Source: an uncultured cyanobacterium
Lineage (GTDB): Bacteria > Cyanobacteriota > Cyanobacteriia > Cyanobacteriales > Nostocaceae
Assembly (NCBI GenBank): GCA_963706595.1
Contig: OY970166.1
Location: 1,632,001 to 1,696,000 of the forward strand
Length of the DNA stretch: 64,000 nt
Reading direction: 5' to 3'
Within the stretch, counting starts at the first letter, position 1, and every line of letters begins with the position of its first letter. Made by a program: the position numbers and the translations under genes. The notes under the pieces were generated by a model. The model did no database searches. It was given only the letters and a program-made list of their open reading frames with translations, and had not been told where the DNA came from. Positions 1-10,500 of the stretch are shown piece after piece.

Positions 1-16
1 TTTTACCCAAGCTCAA

Positions 17-391
17 ATGGTTAAAAGCCTACTCCAAAATTCGCAAACGCGATTATTTACTTTTCAAGCAGTCAACTCCACAGATAACATTTCAGGAAGC
101 ATGATGATAAATCCTGAAAAAGAAAAAGCGGTGATGGTTTTTCAAAATCTTCCCGCCCCACCTCCTGGATATTTTTACTTTTTGTGGACTGTTGTGGCTA
201 ACAAAAAGTTACCCTGTGGTGAAGTTAAGCCCTATGCTTGGGGAACTGCTTCTCATGAGCTACCGTTTACTCCTCAAATGTACAAAGAGTTTTATCACCC
301 ACAATTTTCCGGGCTAGTTGTCACCTTGGAAACAGATCCAAATGTCTCTCGTCCCACCGGCACTGTAGTTATGCAAAGTTCACAAATTTGA
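17..391 (+). CDS. Anti-sigma factor (RskA-like) C-terminal domain; probably begins before the window
   Basis: NLPAPPPG..YFLW and LVVTLE...RPTG motifs typical of the RskA C-terminal domain; frame open to the window edge. Confidence 0.7.
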   Translation: MVKSLLQNSQTRLFTFQAVNSTDNISGSMMINPEKEKAVMVFQNLPAPPPGYFYFLWTVVANKKLPCGEVKPYAWGTASHELPFTPQMYKEFYHPQFSGLVVTLETDPNVSRPTGTVVMQSSQI

Positions 392-610
392 CATTTAGGG
401 TGCGTTACAGCGATTTCCAATTATATAAGGTACATCTTAGCCCCCTCATCGCTTGCGGGGAGGGGGTTGGGGGTGGGGTTCTTGTACCTCATAACACCGG
501 GAAGTGCGTTATGGGTGATTTGGCAGAAATCATATTAGTCCTAACGCACTGAGAATCTATGATGGTGCGTTGCGCTACGCGACAACACACCCTACATAAA
601 AGTTTTTAGG

Positions 611-1624
611 TTAAATTAAAGTACCGCCACAACTAGAACCAGACCCAGCCGTACAACCGTAACAGTAATGTGCAGTTCTGATTTCTGTAATTAAATCTAA
701 TGTGCCAGCAGCTAACAACTTAGCAACATTTAAGGTTTCGCCATCATCAGTTTTTGAAGGCAAATTTTCCATTTGGTTAAAGTCGCAGTCATAGACGTTA
801 CCCAAATAGTCAATGGAAAGTTCATCTCTACACATTAAATGCTCAATCGTCGTAGAGTTGAAATGAGATTCTAAAAACTGGAGATAAGGTCTGTACAGTT
901 TTTTGTGTTCTAGATGAAACTTAGTTCTGCCAATGGGTAGGTTAGTAATTGCAAACAAGTCATTAAAACTAATACCAAAATGTTCTTGTAAGAACATTTT
1001 ATAATCTTGTTTAAGTTTAGCTTGATTGGGTGTGAGAGAGAAATTCTCAGAAGTGGGAATTTGCGGGTTATAAACTAAATCAATAATTAAATTGGGGTCT
1101 TTTCCATAGCCAAGACGGTTCAGCCATTGCAAAGCGCGAATTGAGGCATCATATACACCATTTCCTCGCATTTTATCAACGTTATCAGAGAGATAGCAAG
1201 GTAGAGAAGCCACAATTCTGACTTGATTTTGAGCGCAATATTCGGGAATATCTCCAAAACCAGCTTCAAAATAAATAGTCAAGTTAGAGCGCACAATTAC
1301 CTGTTTACCATGCGATCGCGCTGCTTCTACAATTGGTTTAAAGCCATAGAGCATTTCGGGAGCGCCACCTGTCAGGTCTACAACCTTAATTTGGGGAAAT
1401 TTCTCAATTAATTCAATTAATTGCTGGCAAATTTCCGGAGAAAGTTCCTCAGTGCGTTTGGGACTGGCTTCTACATGACAATGGCTACAAGCCAAATTAC
1501 AACGTTTACCCAAATTAAGTTGTAAAACAGTAATTGGGTTTTTTGTTAGGGGTAAATTCAGCTTTTTTCTAAAGGGTGTGATGTCTGAATTTAAGGACAA
1601 AGGATTTACTTTTTGTTGAACCAT
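611..1624 (-). CDS. arsS: Arsenosugar biosynthesis radical SAM protein
   Basis: CNLACSHC radical SAM motif, YDCDFNQM and C-terminal HYCYGCTAGSGSSCGG; adjacent to arsM. Confidence 0.88.
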   Translation of the reverse strand: MVQQKVNPLSLNSDITPFRKKLNLPLTKNPITVLQLNLGKRCNLACSHCHVEASPKRTEELSPEICQQLIELIEKFPQIKVVDLTGGAPEMLYGFKPIVEAARSHGKQVIVRSNLTIYFEAGFGDIPEYCAQNQVRIVASLPCYLSDNVDKMRGNGVYDASIRALQWLNRLGYGKDPNLIIDLVYNPQIPTSENFSLTPNQAKLKQDYKMFLQEHFGISFNDLFAITNLPIGRTKFHLEHKKLYRPYLQFLESHFNSTTIEHLMCRDELSIDYLGNVYDCDFNQMENLPSKTDDGETLNVAKLLAAGTLDLITEIRTAHYCYGCTAGSGSSCGGTLI

Positions 1625-1820
1625 TCTTAATCTTCATTCTGTGCTACAAAAAAAACTAATTAAGGGAACACCAATAAATAAATCACCCAAAAATTGTAGG
1701 GTGGGTGAGCGCAGCGTAACCCACCTTAAATTGAAGGATAATGGTGGGTTACGGACTACCGTCCTAACCCACCCTACAAATTGAGGATTTTATTATTTGG
1801 AAGTCCCCAAGGAATAATTA

Positions 1821-2789
1821 CTAACAACATCCACCACCATTGTAATGCCAAGTTGAATCTGTAATCAGGATTTCTTCAGGAGCGGCTTTACCTAAATTCC
1901 TAGCAGTTTTATCACATACCGCAGCAGGTACTCCCGATTGCAGAATATGTCCGGCTTGGTCATCAAAGAAGGATTCTACTCCGGAGTAGATTGCTGTTTT
2001 TCCTGTAAAAATACAAGCTCCATCTTCAGGAATTGCTACTTTAAAAGCTACGGAGTCGAGACTTTCTAGCAGTAAGTTTTCTGCTAAATTATAAGTTTGG
2101 CGATTCAGGAGACGATAAGGACGACGCGCCCGGATTTCTACTTGACCAAAGCCCGCATTTACCAGATGTTCAATATACTGTTCGTAGGTCATTGCTCCTG
2201 ATAGACACATAGCGCGTAACCTGTCATCATTTTGCAGGTGTTCGGGAATGGGACGAGTCGCAATAGGATCACTCATTAGTAAGCGTCCGTTGGGCTTTAA
2301 AACTCGAAAGGTTTCCTGTAAAGCTAACTGCAAATCTGCGGGTTTAAAGATATTAAATAGACAATTTTGTGCTACCACATCGACAGAAGCATCGGGAACC
2401 GGTAAAGCAAAGGCATCTCCTTCCCGAATTTCGACAAAATTCGACTCAAACCAATCATTTTCTTGAGCAGCAAGTTCTAAATTCCGCATCGCTGCTGACC
2501 GCATAGCCGCTACCGGTTCAATCGCAATTACTGACCCTGGACGACGGGAGAAGTAAGCAAATTGTAATGCTTCCAAGCCACCACCAACGCCTACATAAAG
2601 TACGGTTGGGTCCTTAGTTAGTTCTGTGGGATGTACGGTTGTACCGCAACCATAGTTCATTTCCTGCATCTGGGAGGAAATTTTGAGTCCTGGTAGTTGT
2701 AACGGACTGCTTTGGACGCAACATAATCCCACTTGTGGGGTTTCGGCGACTTCACTATAAAAGTTAGCGGTTGTTTCAAGATAGGTCAT
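1821..2789 (-). CDS. arsM: Arsenite S-adenosylmethionine methyltransferase (cyanobacterial type)
   Basis: GLCC, NYGCG, VGVGGG SAM motif, QNCLFN, AMCLSGA, C-terminal GGGCC. Confidence 0.88.
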   Translation of the reverse strand: MTYLETTANFYSEVAETPQVGLCCVQSSPLQLPGLKISSQMQEMNYGCGTTVHPTELTKDPTVLYVGVGGGLEALQFAYFSRRPGSVIAIEPVAAMRSAAMRNLELAAQENDWFESNFVEIREGDAFALPVPDASVDVVAQNCLFNIFKPADLQLALQETFRVLKPNGRLLMSDPIATRPIPEHLQNDDRLRAMCLSGAMTYEQYIEHLVNAGFGQVEIRARRPYRLLNRQTYNLAENLLLESLDSVAFKVAIPEDGACIFTGKTAIYSGVESFFDDQAGHILQSGVPAAVCDKTARNLGKAAPEEILITDSTWHYNGGGCC

Positions 2790-2903
2790 GATAATTTTTT
2801 GGTTGTATCACAAAGGTGTGAGTTAGTTTCACGCAAAGAAGCAAAGAAGCAAAGTCTGAATTAGGACTTTGTAGACTAATACGAAACTGAAGCTAAAAAG
2901 GAT

Positions 2904-3701
2904 TTAACCGCGAATACCGTTGACATAAGCAGCAGTTAGGGCGTGCTGTGGGGTGGTAAAAATCTGCTCGATAGTACCATATTCGATTAATCGCCCGACT
3001 TCAGTTTGTACCCAAAATAGCGCCGCATAATCACCAATGCGTCTAGCTTGGGCGAGGTTGTGGGTGACAATTACTACTGTATAACGTCCTCGCAGACTGG
3101 CAATTAAATCTTCTACTATTCCACTGGAAATGGGGTCAAGGGCGCTACAGGGTTCATCAAATAATAAAACTTCTGGTTGCAAAACTAAAGCACGGGCAAT
3201 ACATAAGCGCTGCTTTTGTCCACCTGATAAAGATAAGGCGGAGGTATTCAGCCGATCTTTAACTTCTGTCCATAGTCCCACGTCTTGCAGTGCGGTTTCA
3301 ATCAGCCAGTCCAGTTTTTCGCGGTTTTTGATTCCGTGTTCTTGTAGGGGAAATGCGAGGTTTTTCCAAATTGAGAAGGGGAAAGGGTTGGGCTTTTGGA
3401 AGATTGTACCTATCCGCCGACGCAGTGCGATCGCATCGACAGAATTATGCAGAATGTCCCCAGCGTCTAAGCGGATACTTCCGGAAATTTTGGTGTGCGG
3501 GATTAATTCAGTTAAGCGATTCAGACAACTTAAAAAGCTACTTTTACCACAACCAGAAGGTCCCACCAGTGCGGTAATTTTACCTGCTGCGATTGGCATG
3601 GTGATATCTGTAAAAGCGGCTTTTTTTCCGTAATATAAACTTAGTTTCTCGGTTTGCATTGAGGGTAGATGTGACCGGGATTTTTGTGTGGGTTGAGACA
3701 T
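2904..3701 (-). CDS. pstB: Phosphate ABC transporter ATP-binding protein
   Basis: GPSGCGKS Walker A, FQKPNPFP, LSGGQKQRLCIARAL, DEPCSALDP; ATG at 3701 chosen as start. Confidence 0.92.
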   Translation of the reverse strand: MSQPTQKSRSHLPSMQTEKLSLYYGKKAAFTDITMPIAAGKITALVGPSGCGKSSFLSCLNRLTELIPHTKISGSIRLDAGDILHNSVDAIALRRRIGTIFQKPNPFPFSIWKNLAFPLQEHGIKNREKLDWLIETALQDVGLWTEVKDRLNTSALSLSGGQKQRLCIARALVLQPEVLLFDEPCSALDPISSGIVEDLIASLRGRYTVVIVTHNLAQARRIGDYAALFWVQTEVGRLIEYGTIEQIFTTPQHALTAAYVNGIRG

Positions 3702-3778
3702 CAGGGATAAACGAACCACAGAGGCGCAGAGGACACAGAGGAAAGAGATTTTGAGAGGTTTTTTATTTGGAGGTTCTT

Positions 3779-3882
3779 ATAGCGTTTCCTACTTTAGTGA
3801 GATATAAGAACCCCACCCCCAACCCCCTCCCCGCAAGCGAGGAGGGGGCTATGATATACGTTATATGATTAGGAAACGCTAT
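3779..3882. repeat. Dispersed MITE/REP-like family with core CCCCTCCCCGCAAGCGAGGAGGGG (representative copy)
   Basis: This copy has TIRs ATAGCGTTTCCT/AGGAAACGCTAT; related copies near 440, 20140, 26870, 30350, 38000, 45790, 60960. Confidence 0.85.
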
Positions 3883-4691
3883 AACCAAAACTGGGTTGTC
3901 CAGGTTGCTATACCATTTACTAGTAGTAATAAAATTAAGAGGACTAGGGCTGAGGCGTAGGCGTTAGCGTCTCCTCCAGCAATATTCATGGATAAATCGA
4001 AAATGTGAACGGATAGCGATCGCCCGGAATCTAGTAAGGACTCTGGCATTCTATCTACATAACCACTGGTAAAAATTAATGCGGCTGTTTCGGCGATCGC
4101 GCGTCCAATTCCCAAGACTAAACCCACTATTAACCCCGGTGTGGCTGCTGGTAAAAGTAGTTTCCATAATGTGGTAGTCCGTGATAATCCCAAGGCTGCT
4201 GCCCCTAATCGATACTCTGCGGGAACCGCCTGCAATCCTGCTTCTGTGGAACGAATTAGTATAGGCAACACCATACAAGCTAATGTCAAACCACCAGATA
4301 AAATGGAAAAGCCGAGTCCCAATTTTATTGAGAAAAAGGCGTTCCCAAACAAGCCAAATACAATCGATGGGACTCCGGCTAAGACATCTAAACTGCGACG
4401 CACTAAACGCCCAAAGGCATTTTCTGTACTAGTAAATTCGGCTAATAATATGGCTGTACCCACACCCAGGGGAAGAGAAACGGCCAGACAAACTCCTAAT
4501 ATTAAACCAGTAGAAATCAGTATCGGGGCAATTCCGCCTTCACGCCCAGCATTTCGCGGTTCTGTTGTTAAGAATTCTACAGAAATTTGCCCGATACCAT
4601 GCCAAATGATATCGCCTAAAATCCAGCAAAAAATGGCGGTGACAAAGAGAGCGATCGCCCACATAATCAGAGTAGGTAATGGCAGTTTCAT
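3879..4691 (-). CDS. pstA: Phosphate ABC transporter permease
   Basis: LAGVPSIVFGLFG and GRAIAETAAL motifs. Confidence 0.92.
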   Translation of the reverse strand: MKLPLPTLIMWAIALFVTAIFCWILGDIIWHGIGQISVEFLTTEPRNAGREGGIAPILISTGLILGVCLAVSLPLGVGTAILLAEFTSTENAFGRLVRRSLDVLAGVPSIVFGLFGNAFFSIKLGLGFSILSGGLTLACMVLPILIRSTEAGLQAVPAEYRLGAAALGLSRTTTLWKLLLPAATPGLIVGLVLGIGRAIAETAALIFTSGYVDRMPESLLDSGRSLSVHIFDLSMNIAGGDANAYASALVLLILLLLVNGIATWTTQFWL

Positions 4692-5587
4692 GGATAAATG
4701 TTTCTCCTGCTGACACCTTCGGCTATGACTACTAAGAAGGCGATCGCCATCATTAACAACAAGCCACTCACAAACAATGCTGAACGGTGGTTTCCGGTAG
4801 CGTAAGCCATCTCTAAAGCGATATTAGCAGTGAGGGTGCGAACAGGATCAAATAAGCTGGTGGGAGTCTGGACTACATTGCCACAAACCATTAAAACTGC
4901 CATTGTTTCCCCAATGGCGCGTCCTGTGCCTAAAATCAACCCAGTCAATAAACCAGATTTAGCCGCAGGTAAAACAACGCCTCGGATGGTTCCCCAATGA
5001 GAGATTCCCAAGGCGGCTGCACCTTGTAGATACTCTTGGGGAACTTTGGCAAAACTGGCTTCTGCGGTGAGTGCAATTGTCGGCAAAATCATGAATGTCA
5101 AAATAGCGATTCCTGCTAACAAACTGGTTCCGGGTGGTTGCAATTTGCCAATCAGGGGGACAAGCACAACTAAACCCCAAAACCCGTAAACGACAGAGGG
5201 AATTCCTGCCAGTAAATTAATTAATTGCCGATAAAATACAGCAATGAAAGCAGGTGCATAATACTGACAAAATATCGCCGAACTTATGCCTATAGGTGCA
5301 GCTAAAATTACCGCACCAAGTGTTACTAACAAACTTCCCCACAACATTGGCAACAAATTATAAAATTCTTGCACTGGATGCCAAGATGGATCAGTGAAAA
5401 AACGTAACCATCCTATCTGTTGTAATACTGGTAATGCTTCGAGTAAGAAGAATCCCGTAATTAAGATAACTATAATACCTGTGATTGCAGCAAATAGCCG
5501 TAATATCCACAGGAGAAGGATATCACTTTGAGATGGGGACAAAATCTTGTTTTTGAACAATATCATGGACTTGTGGCGACTGGGCAA
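4688..5587 (-). CDS. pstC: Phosphate ABC transporter permease (start may be ~5566)
   Basis: LAGIPSVVYGFWG and GRAIGETMAVLMV motifs. Confidence 0.92.
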   Translation of the reverse strand: MPSRHKSMILFKNKILSPSQSDILLLWILRLFAAITGIIVILITGFFLLEALPVLQQIGWLRFFTDPSWHPVQEFYNLLPMLWGSLLVTLGAVILAAPIGISSAIFCQYYAPAFIAVFYRQLINLLAGIPSVVYGFWGLVVLVPLIGKLQPPGTSLLAGIAILTFMILPTIALTAEASFAKVPQEYLQGAAALGISHWGTIRGVVLPAAKSGLLTGLILGTGRAIGETMAVLMVCGNVVQTPTSLFDPVRTLTANIALEMAYATGNHRSALFVSGLLLMMAIAFLVVIAEGVSRRNIYP

Positions 5588-6374
5588 ACTCGATAAATGC
5601 TTGTTTTAAGCCTTGGGGCTGAGTTTTAGTAACCAAATTTAGGGGACGGGAAAGGGGAAATGTCTGATTTTGGATATTCTCAGTAGTCGCGGCGATTTCA
5701 TTTAGTGGTAATAATTTGATAGTAATTCCACTACTCAGGCTAAATTCAGCCGTCCCAATTGATACATAACCAATGGCGTTGGGGTTCCCTGCTACTGTTT
5801 TAATTCCCTGCTGATTGTCGCCAATCACAACCGATGATTTGATATCGCTATTCTGGATTTGGAAGTAATTGAGAAACAATTCCAGGGTAGAACGTCCCTC
5901 AGCTTTATTCACAACTGTAATGGGGGCATTTTTGCCGTTAACCTGTAGCCAGTTGTCAATTTTGCCAGTGTAAATATCTACAACTTGTTGATTTGATAGA
6001 GATTTTACTGGATTGTCTTTATGTAGGATAATGCCAATTCCATCACGCGCGATCGCAAAAGCTTGTAAATCTTCTTCGGCTTTCAGAGAACGAGACACCA
6101 TCCCAATGTCGGCGACTCCTGTCCGCACATCAGCCATACCGCGAGATGAACCTCCTGTTTGCACATCCACTCGTACATTAGGATGTTTTGACTCAAATCG
6201 CTTACCAATTTCTGCTGCTAATGGTGCAACTGTACTAGAACCTGTTAAAACCAACTTTCCTTGTAATTCATTTGTTGATTGAGTCGCTATTTGGGATGGT
6301 TGCGTACAAGATTTTAGCCCCAAGCAAATTGTGAAACCGACAGCAATAAATGCTAGGGTTTTGAGTTGTTTCAT
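5523..6374 (-). CDS. pstS: Phosphate-binding lipoprotein (PBP-like PstS)
   Basis: Lipobox-like LKSC, GSSTV, GGSSRG, DIGMVSR, YVSIG motifs. Confidence 0.85.
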   Translation of the reverse strand: MKQLKTLAFIAVGFTICLGLKSCTQPSQIATQSTNELQGKLVLTGSSTVAPLAAEIGKRFESKHPNVRVDVQTGGSSRGMADVRTGVADIGMVSRSLKAEEDLQAFAIARDGIGIILHKDNPVKSLSNQQVVDIYTGKIDNWLQVNGKNAPITVVNKAEGRSTLELFLNYFQIQNSDIKSSVVIGDNQQGIKTVAGNPNAIGYVSIGTAEFSLSSGITIKLLPLNEIAATTENIQNQTFPLSRPLNLVTKTQPQGLKQAFIEFAQSPQVHDIVQKQDFVPISK

Positions 6375-6392
6375 CGAGAAAATTTTTAATTT

Positions 6393-6701
6393 CTATTCAA
6401 AGGAAAGGAGACAACAGCCTAAATCAATTACCTGACCAGTATTGACTTGTCGAACCGTTGGCACAAAATGGTAAAGTACCGCCTTACCATCTCTTTTCGC
6501 CTCCACAAAACCTGCTGATCGCAAAATTTTTAAATGGTGAGATAATAAACTTTGTTCTAGCTGCAAGACAGCGTTTATTTCCCCCACGTGTTTAGGACTT
6601 TCCATGAGAATTTTCAGGACAGATAGACGAGTTGTATCTGCTAAAACCTTGAGTTGTTCGGCGCAAAAGGATGGAGACGATATATTTTTAGGCTTCATCA
6701 T
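6393..6701 (-). CDS. arsR: ArsR/SmtB family transcriptional repressor
   Basis: LKVLADTTRL...QSLLSHHLKILR HTH; C-terminal GCC vicinal cysteines; heads the pst/ars cluster. Confidence 0.85.
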   Translation of the reverse strand: MMKPKNISSPSFCAEQLKVLADTTRLSVLKILMESPKHVGEINAVLQLEQSLLSHHLKILRSAGFVEAKRDGKAVLYHFVPTVRQVNTGQVIDLGCCLLSFE

Positions 6702-6734
6702 ACACCATGAGAATGGCTTGAATAGTTATTGATA

Positions 6735-6748
6735 TGAAAATATTTTCA
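6735..6748. promoter_or_regulatory. Perfect palindrome TGAAAATATTTTCA, candidate ArsR operator
   Basis: 14-bp perfect inverted repeat ~35 bp upstream of the arsR start. Confidence 0.45.
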
Positions 6749-6910
6749 ATTCATTTAGAATATACCACAATTCTTCAATCTTTTCAGAAAAATAAAAGAG
6801 GGCTGTAAAATCTGCTTTTTGAATTCTCAACTGTGTACAGGGTATCTAAATCTCGGAGATGTCTAATATATCAGTCGTTCTCGAAGACGCTGAACTGTCT
6901 AACATCGACA

Positions 6911-7549
6911 TCAAAAATTTATCGCAGTTCCGGTAACAGGATCAAATTCAAAACGCTGTTGATAGTTGGTTTCACCATATAAATTGAAGCTAATTGTCGG
7001 TTGATCACCCAGGGCTTCAACATGATGAATTGCATCAGGCATTAAGCCAATAATTTCGCCTGGATTTAAAATAATATCTCCGGCTTTTTCAATGCTGCCG
7101 TTTTTATTAGTCCGTCTCCAAATAGTATTTTTTTCTTCTCCACTAATCAGTGCGACAACTCCCCAAGTAGCATGGTTGTGAATCGGTGAAACTTTTCCCG
7201 GTAACCAGGCGACTGTCTGCACAGTCAAGGGGAAATCCGGTTCATCATATAGTGTAAGCACTGACCAGCCTGTTTCGGGATTTGGTTCGAGATATTCACC
7301 TTGCAACCATTCTGAACTGGTCAATAATCGCCGCACTAGGGGACAAATCGCTTGGAGTCGAAGGCGATCGCTTTGGAATTTCTGAAGAATATCTTCGAGA
7401 TCCGTTAAAAACCGATAGAGTCGATATTGACCTGTCAATAATTCTAAATTATCTGGCGATTCTTCCCAGGCTTCACACTCACCATCATCTGTTACTAACC
7501 AATCTTGACTTAACATACTACTTTTATTCAGACAGACAACAAACATCAT
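6911..7549 (-). CDS. Cupin / cysteine dioxygenase-like protein
   Basis: SPIHNHATWG and DAIHHVE cupin motifs. Confidence 0.8.
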   Translation of the reverse strand: MMFVVCLNKSSMLSQDWLVTDDGECEAWEESPDNLELLTGQYRLYRFLTDLEDILQKFQSDRLRLQAICPLVRRLLTSSEWLQGEYLEPNPETGWSVLTLYDEPDFPLTVQTVAWLPGKVSPIHNHATWGVVALISGEEKNTIWRRTNKNGSIEKAGDIILNPGEIIGLMPDAIHHVEALGDQPTISFNLYGETNYQQRFEFDPVTGTAINF

Positions 7550-7596
7550 GCTTTAAATATTATGTCAATATTTAGGCATTAAATAATATTTCTTGA

Positions 7597-10500
7597 TCAA
7601 GCGGTAACTTTGTATAGTTCTCCGTCAAGACGTTTTTTAGCTAGTAGTAATCTGCCTTCAGACTGATGACTATGGAAAGGTTTCTCAATAATCTGATTGA
7701 GTAAAGATACCGTTTGTTTCACTGAGAAGTAAGACGAGAAAACACGTCTATTATCGAAGGTTTCGATAATACTCACTAACAACCAGTCTTGGAGATTATC
7801 GTTAAATGCCTGATGATCGTATTGTTGACTGACTGGAACAAAAGGCTCATCAACCTTGATTAATCTGCCAGAGTTTATATTGGCTAATAGTTGTTCTAGT
7901 ATTTCCACACTTACTTTTCTCTGACCTAACTCTGCTGCTACTCTGGCTAAACTGCAATATCTAAACAACGAAGCTTTAGCTTGAACAGCTTGCTGGATAC
8001 ATTCAAAGGAATGTTTTAAAGTTGCTAACTGTTGTGCTGGTGAAAGGCTGGCTGATTTCGCTAGAAAGAAGTAATTTAGCCCTTCTAAGTAAATTTTAGT
8101 ATCAGCATTGGAAACCGTTGTGTATTCTTGCCACTGATTGAGAAAAGGTATAGCATAATTTAAAGTTGCTATTGCTTCTAACCAATAGGATGAGTTCGGT
8201 AGTAACGGCTTATCTGTGATTTTTTGAACAAGTAAACCACGTTCAGCTAATTGTTGCGATCGCTCTACTTTACAAGCAAACAAGTTTAGTTGGTAGCCAT
8301 CCACTGGCTGATTCACATCAAAAGGAACTAAACACCCAATACCAGAAACTAAATAGTAAATTTCATAGTTTAAGTCTTGGAATAGCTGAATTAGCCGCAT
8401 ATTAATATGTTTGCCATGCTTCAGTTCAAACATAATTAATGGCGATTGCTCAGAGAAGAAATTTTTACCGCCTGCCAGTATTTTAGCTTCTTCCCCTTCC
8501 GCATCTAACTTAATAAAGTCAATTTGCTGCCAGTTATGCTGTTCTAATTCTCTATCCAGATTTAGCAGTTTAATAGTTTCTTTTTCTTGGGATAAACCAT
8601 CTTGCTTGAGTGAATTTAATTCACTATTACTTGATAGAAATAAACTTGCTTCTCCCTCACAATCTGATAAGCCAGCATTAACTAACTCTACATTGTTGAA
8701 ATTGTTAGCTTCTACACCTTTTCGCAGTAAGTAAAACACTGAACTCGCAGGTTCATAAGCAGTAATTTTACCCTGTCCTTGGAGTAACTTAGCCATAGTT
8801 AGAGTATATACTCCATGATTAGCACCAATATCTAGTATTTGCATTCCTGGTGTAATCAATTTCCGCACAAACTCCATTTCTGGCTCAAACCAATCACCCT
8901 GTTCTAGTAAAACATAACCTGTCAGACTGTTGATATCATTCTTCACGCAGACCTTAACTTCACCTTCAATCTCAACTAGGCATTCATCAGGCTCAAGATG
9001 ATCAGCATCAATGAATTTAAAATATTTAATTTCCTCAGAATTATTACCATTTTTCTGAAAAATCGGAGTAACTTTATTAGCAGGTTTAGAGCAATACTGC
9101 TGCAAGAAAACCTTTAAATTTTCCCGGATTTCACTATTATCTGGTTCTACTAACAGCGCACACCGATAATATTTTTCAGCCTGATCAATTAATTCCTGTT
9201 CTTCTAACAGCTTACCTAGTGCTTGATAAGTTGCAGCCGCACAACGATTAATAGCCAGGGATTGCAAATAAGATGAAATAGCATTTTCTACATCATCTAA
9301 CTTTTGATACATCTGACCTAAATAATAGTAAGCCTGAGCATCATTAGGATGATTTTCCAGATACTGTTGATAATAATTAATAGCATTGTCAGCGTCTAAA
9401 TCAACAGGCAAAGCAACATTAATATGAGTCTTTTCACTGTTAGATTCTGCGGTTTCTTTCGCTAAATAAACCTGCCACATTTGGCGATAAGCCGCCTCTA
9501 AAGTGCTGGCCATGTTTTTCACATCCAACAGAGGAGAGTCCAGCAATCTTTCACGCATAGTTGAGCGCAAAGATGCAAGATAGTCTCGATTTTGGGCTAA
9601 TTCAATCGCTTTCTGCACATAATCTGCCGCACTATGGGTAATGCAATCATCCAAACCCACACTGTGGAGAATACTTGCACTCATGCGCTCCATTTTCCGA
9701 GTCCCTGCTAAAGTTAAAGTTGGTACTCCCATCCACAAAGCTTCACAAGTCGTAGTACATCCTGTATAGGGAATACTATCCAAATGCAGATCAACTTGAT
9801 TATAAAGATTCAAGTGGTCTTTATCAGACGCATAGCCACCATACAAGAAAATCCGTTTAGGATCAATACCCTGTTCCACAAAGGGAGTTTGAATTCTTTC
9901 AGCAATTAAGGGGCTGAAAATATCAGAACTAGCACATTTTAATACCAAGCGAGAATGAGGAACTGCTTTGAGGATTTCAACCCACAGAGCAAAAGTTTCT
10001 GGTGTGAGTTTGCGTAAATTATTAAAAGATGCAAAAGTGAAAATACCAGTTTTTTTACAAGGAAGTTCAGTAATATTCGGTGCAGCTTTCAGGGTTTCAT
10101 AACCCACATAACAACGGGGTAAACGCCAAATGCTTTCGCTGGTTTTTTCGAGTGTATCATCAGGATGAAGAACTTCATCAGTAATCCAATAGTCAATAGT
10201 CGATAAGCCTGTCGTAGCAAAATAACCCAAATAAGTCACTTGAATCGGGGCTGGTTTCATCCCCAAGACAATCATCCGGTTATTTGCAGTATGTCCTGCC
10301 AAATCAACCAGAACATCTATCCGGTCTGCTTGAATCAACTCAGCTACTTCCAAATCCGAAAGACCAACCGTAGAACGCCAAGCATCACAGATATCTATAA
10401 TTTCATCTGTAATTTCATCAGGTGTATTCACTTCTCCATAGCAGAAAACTTCCACTTGGGTGCGGTCATGGTGTTGGAAGACAGGTTTTATAAATCCACT

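Noticed and set aside
3130..4713. Long antisense ORFs over pstB and pstA
   Set aside because: Shadow frames of well-supported genes on the opposite strand
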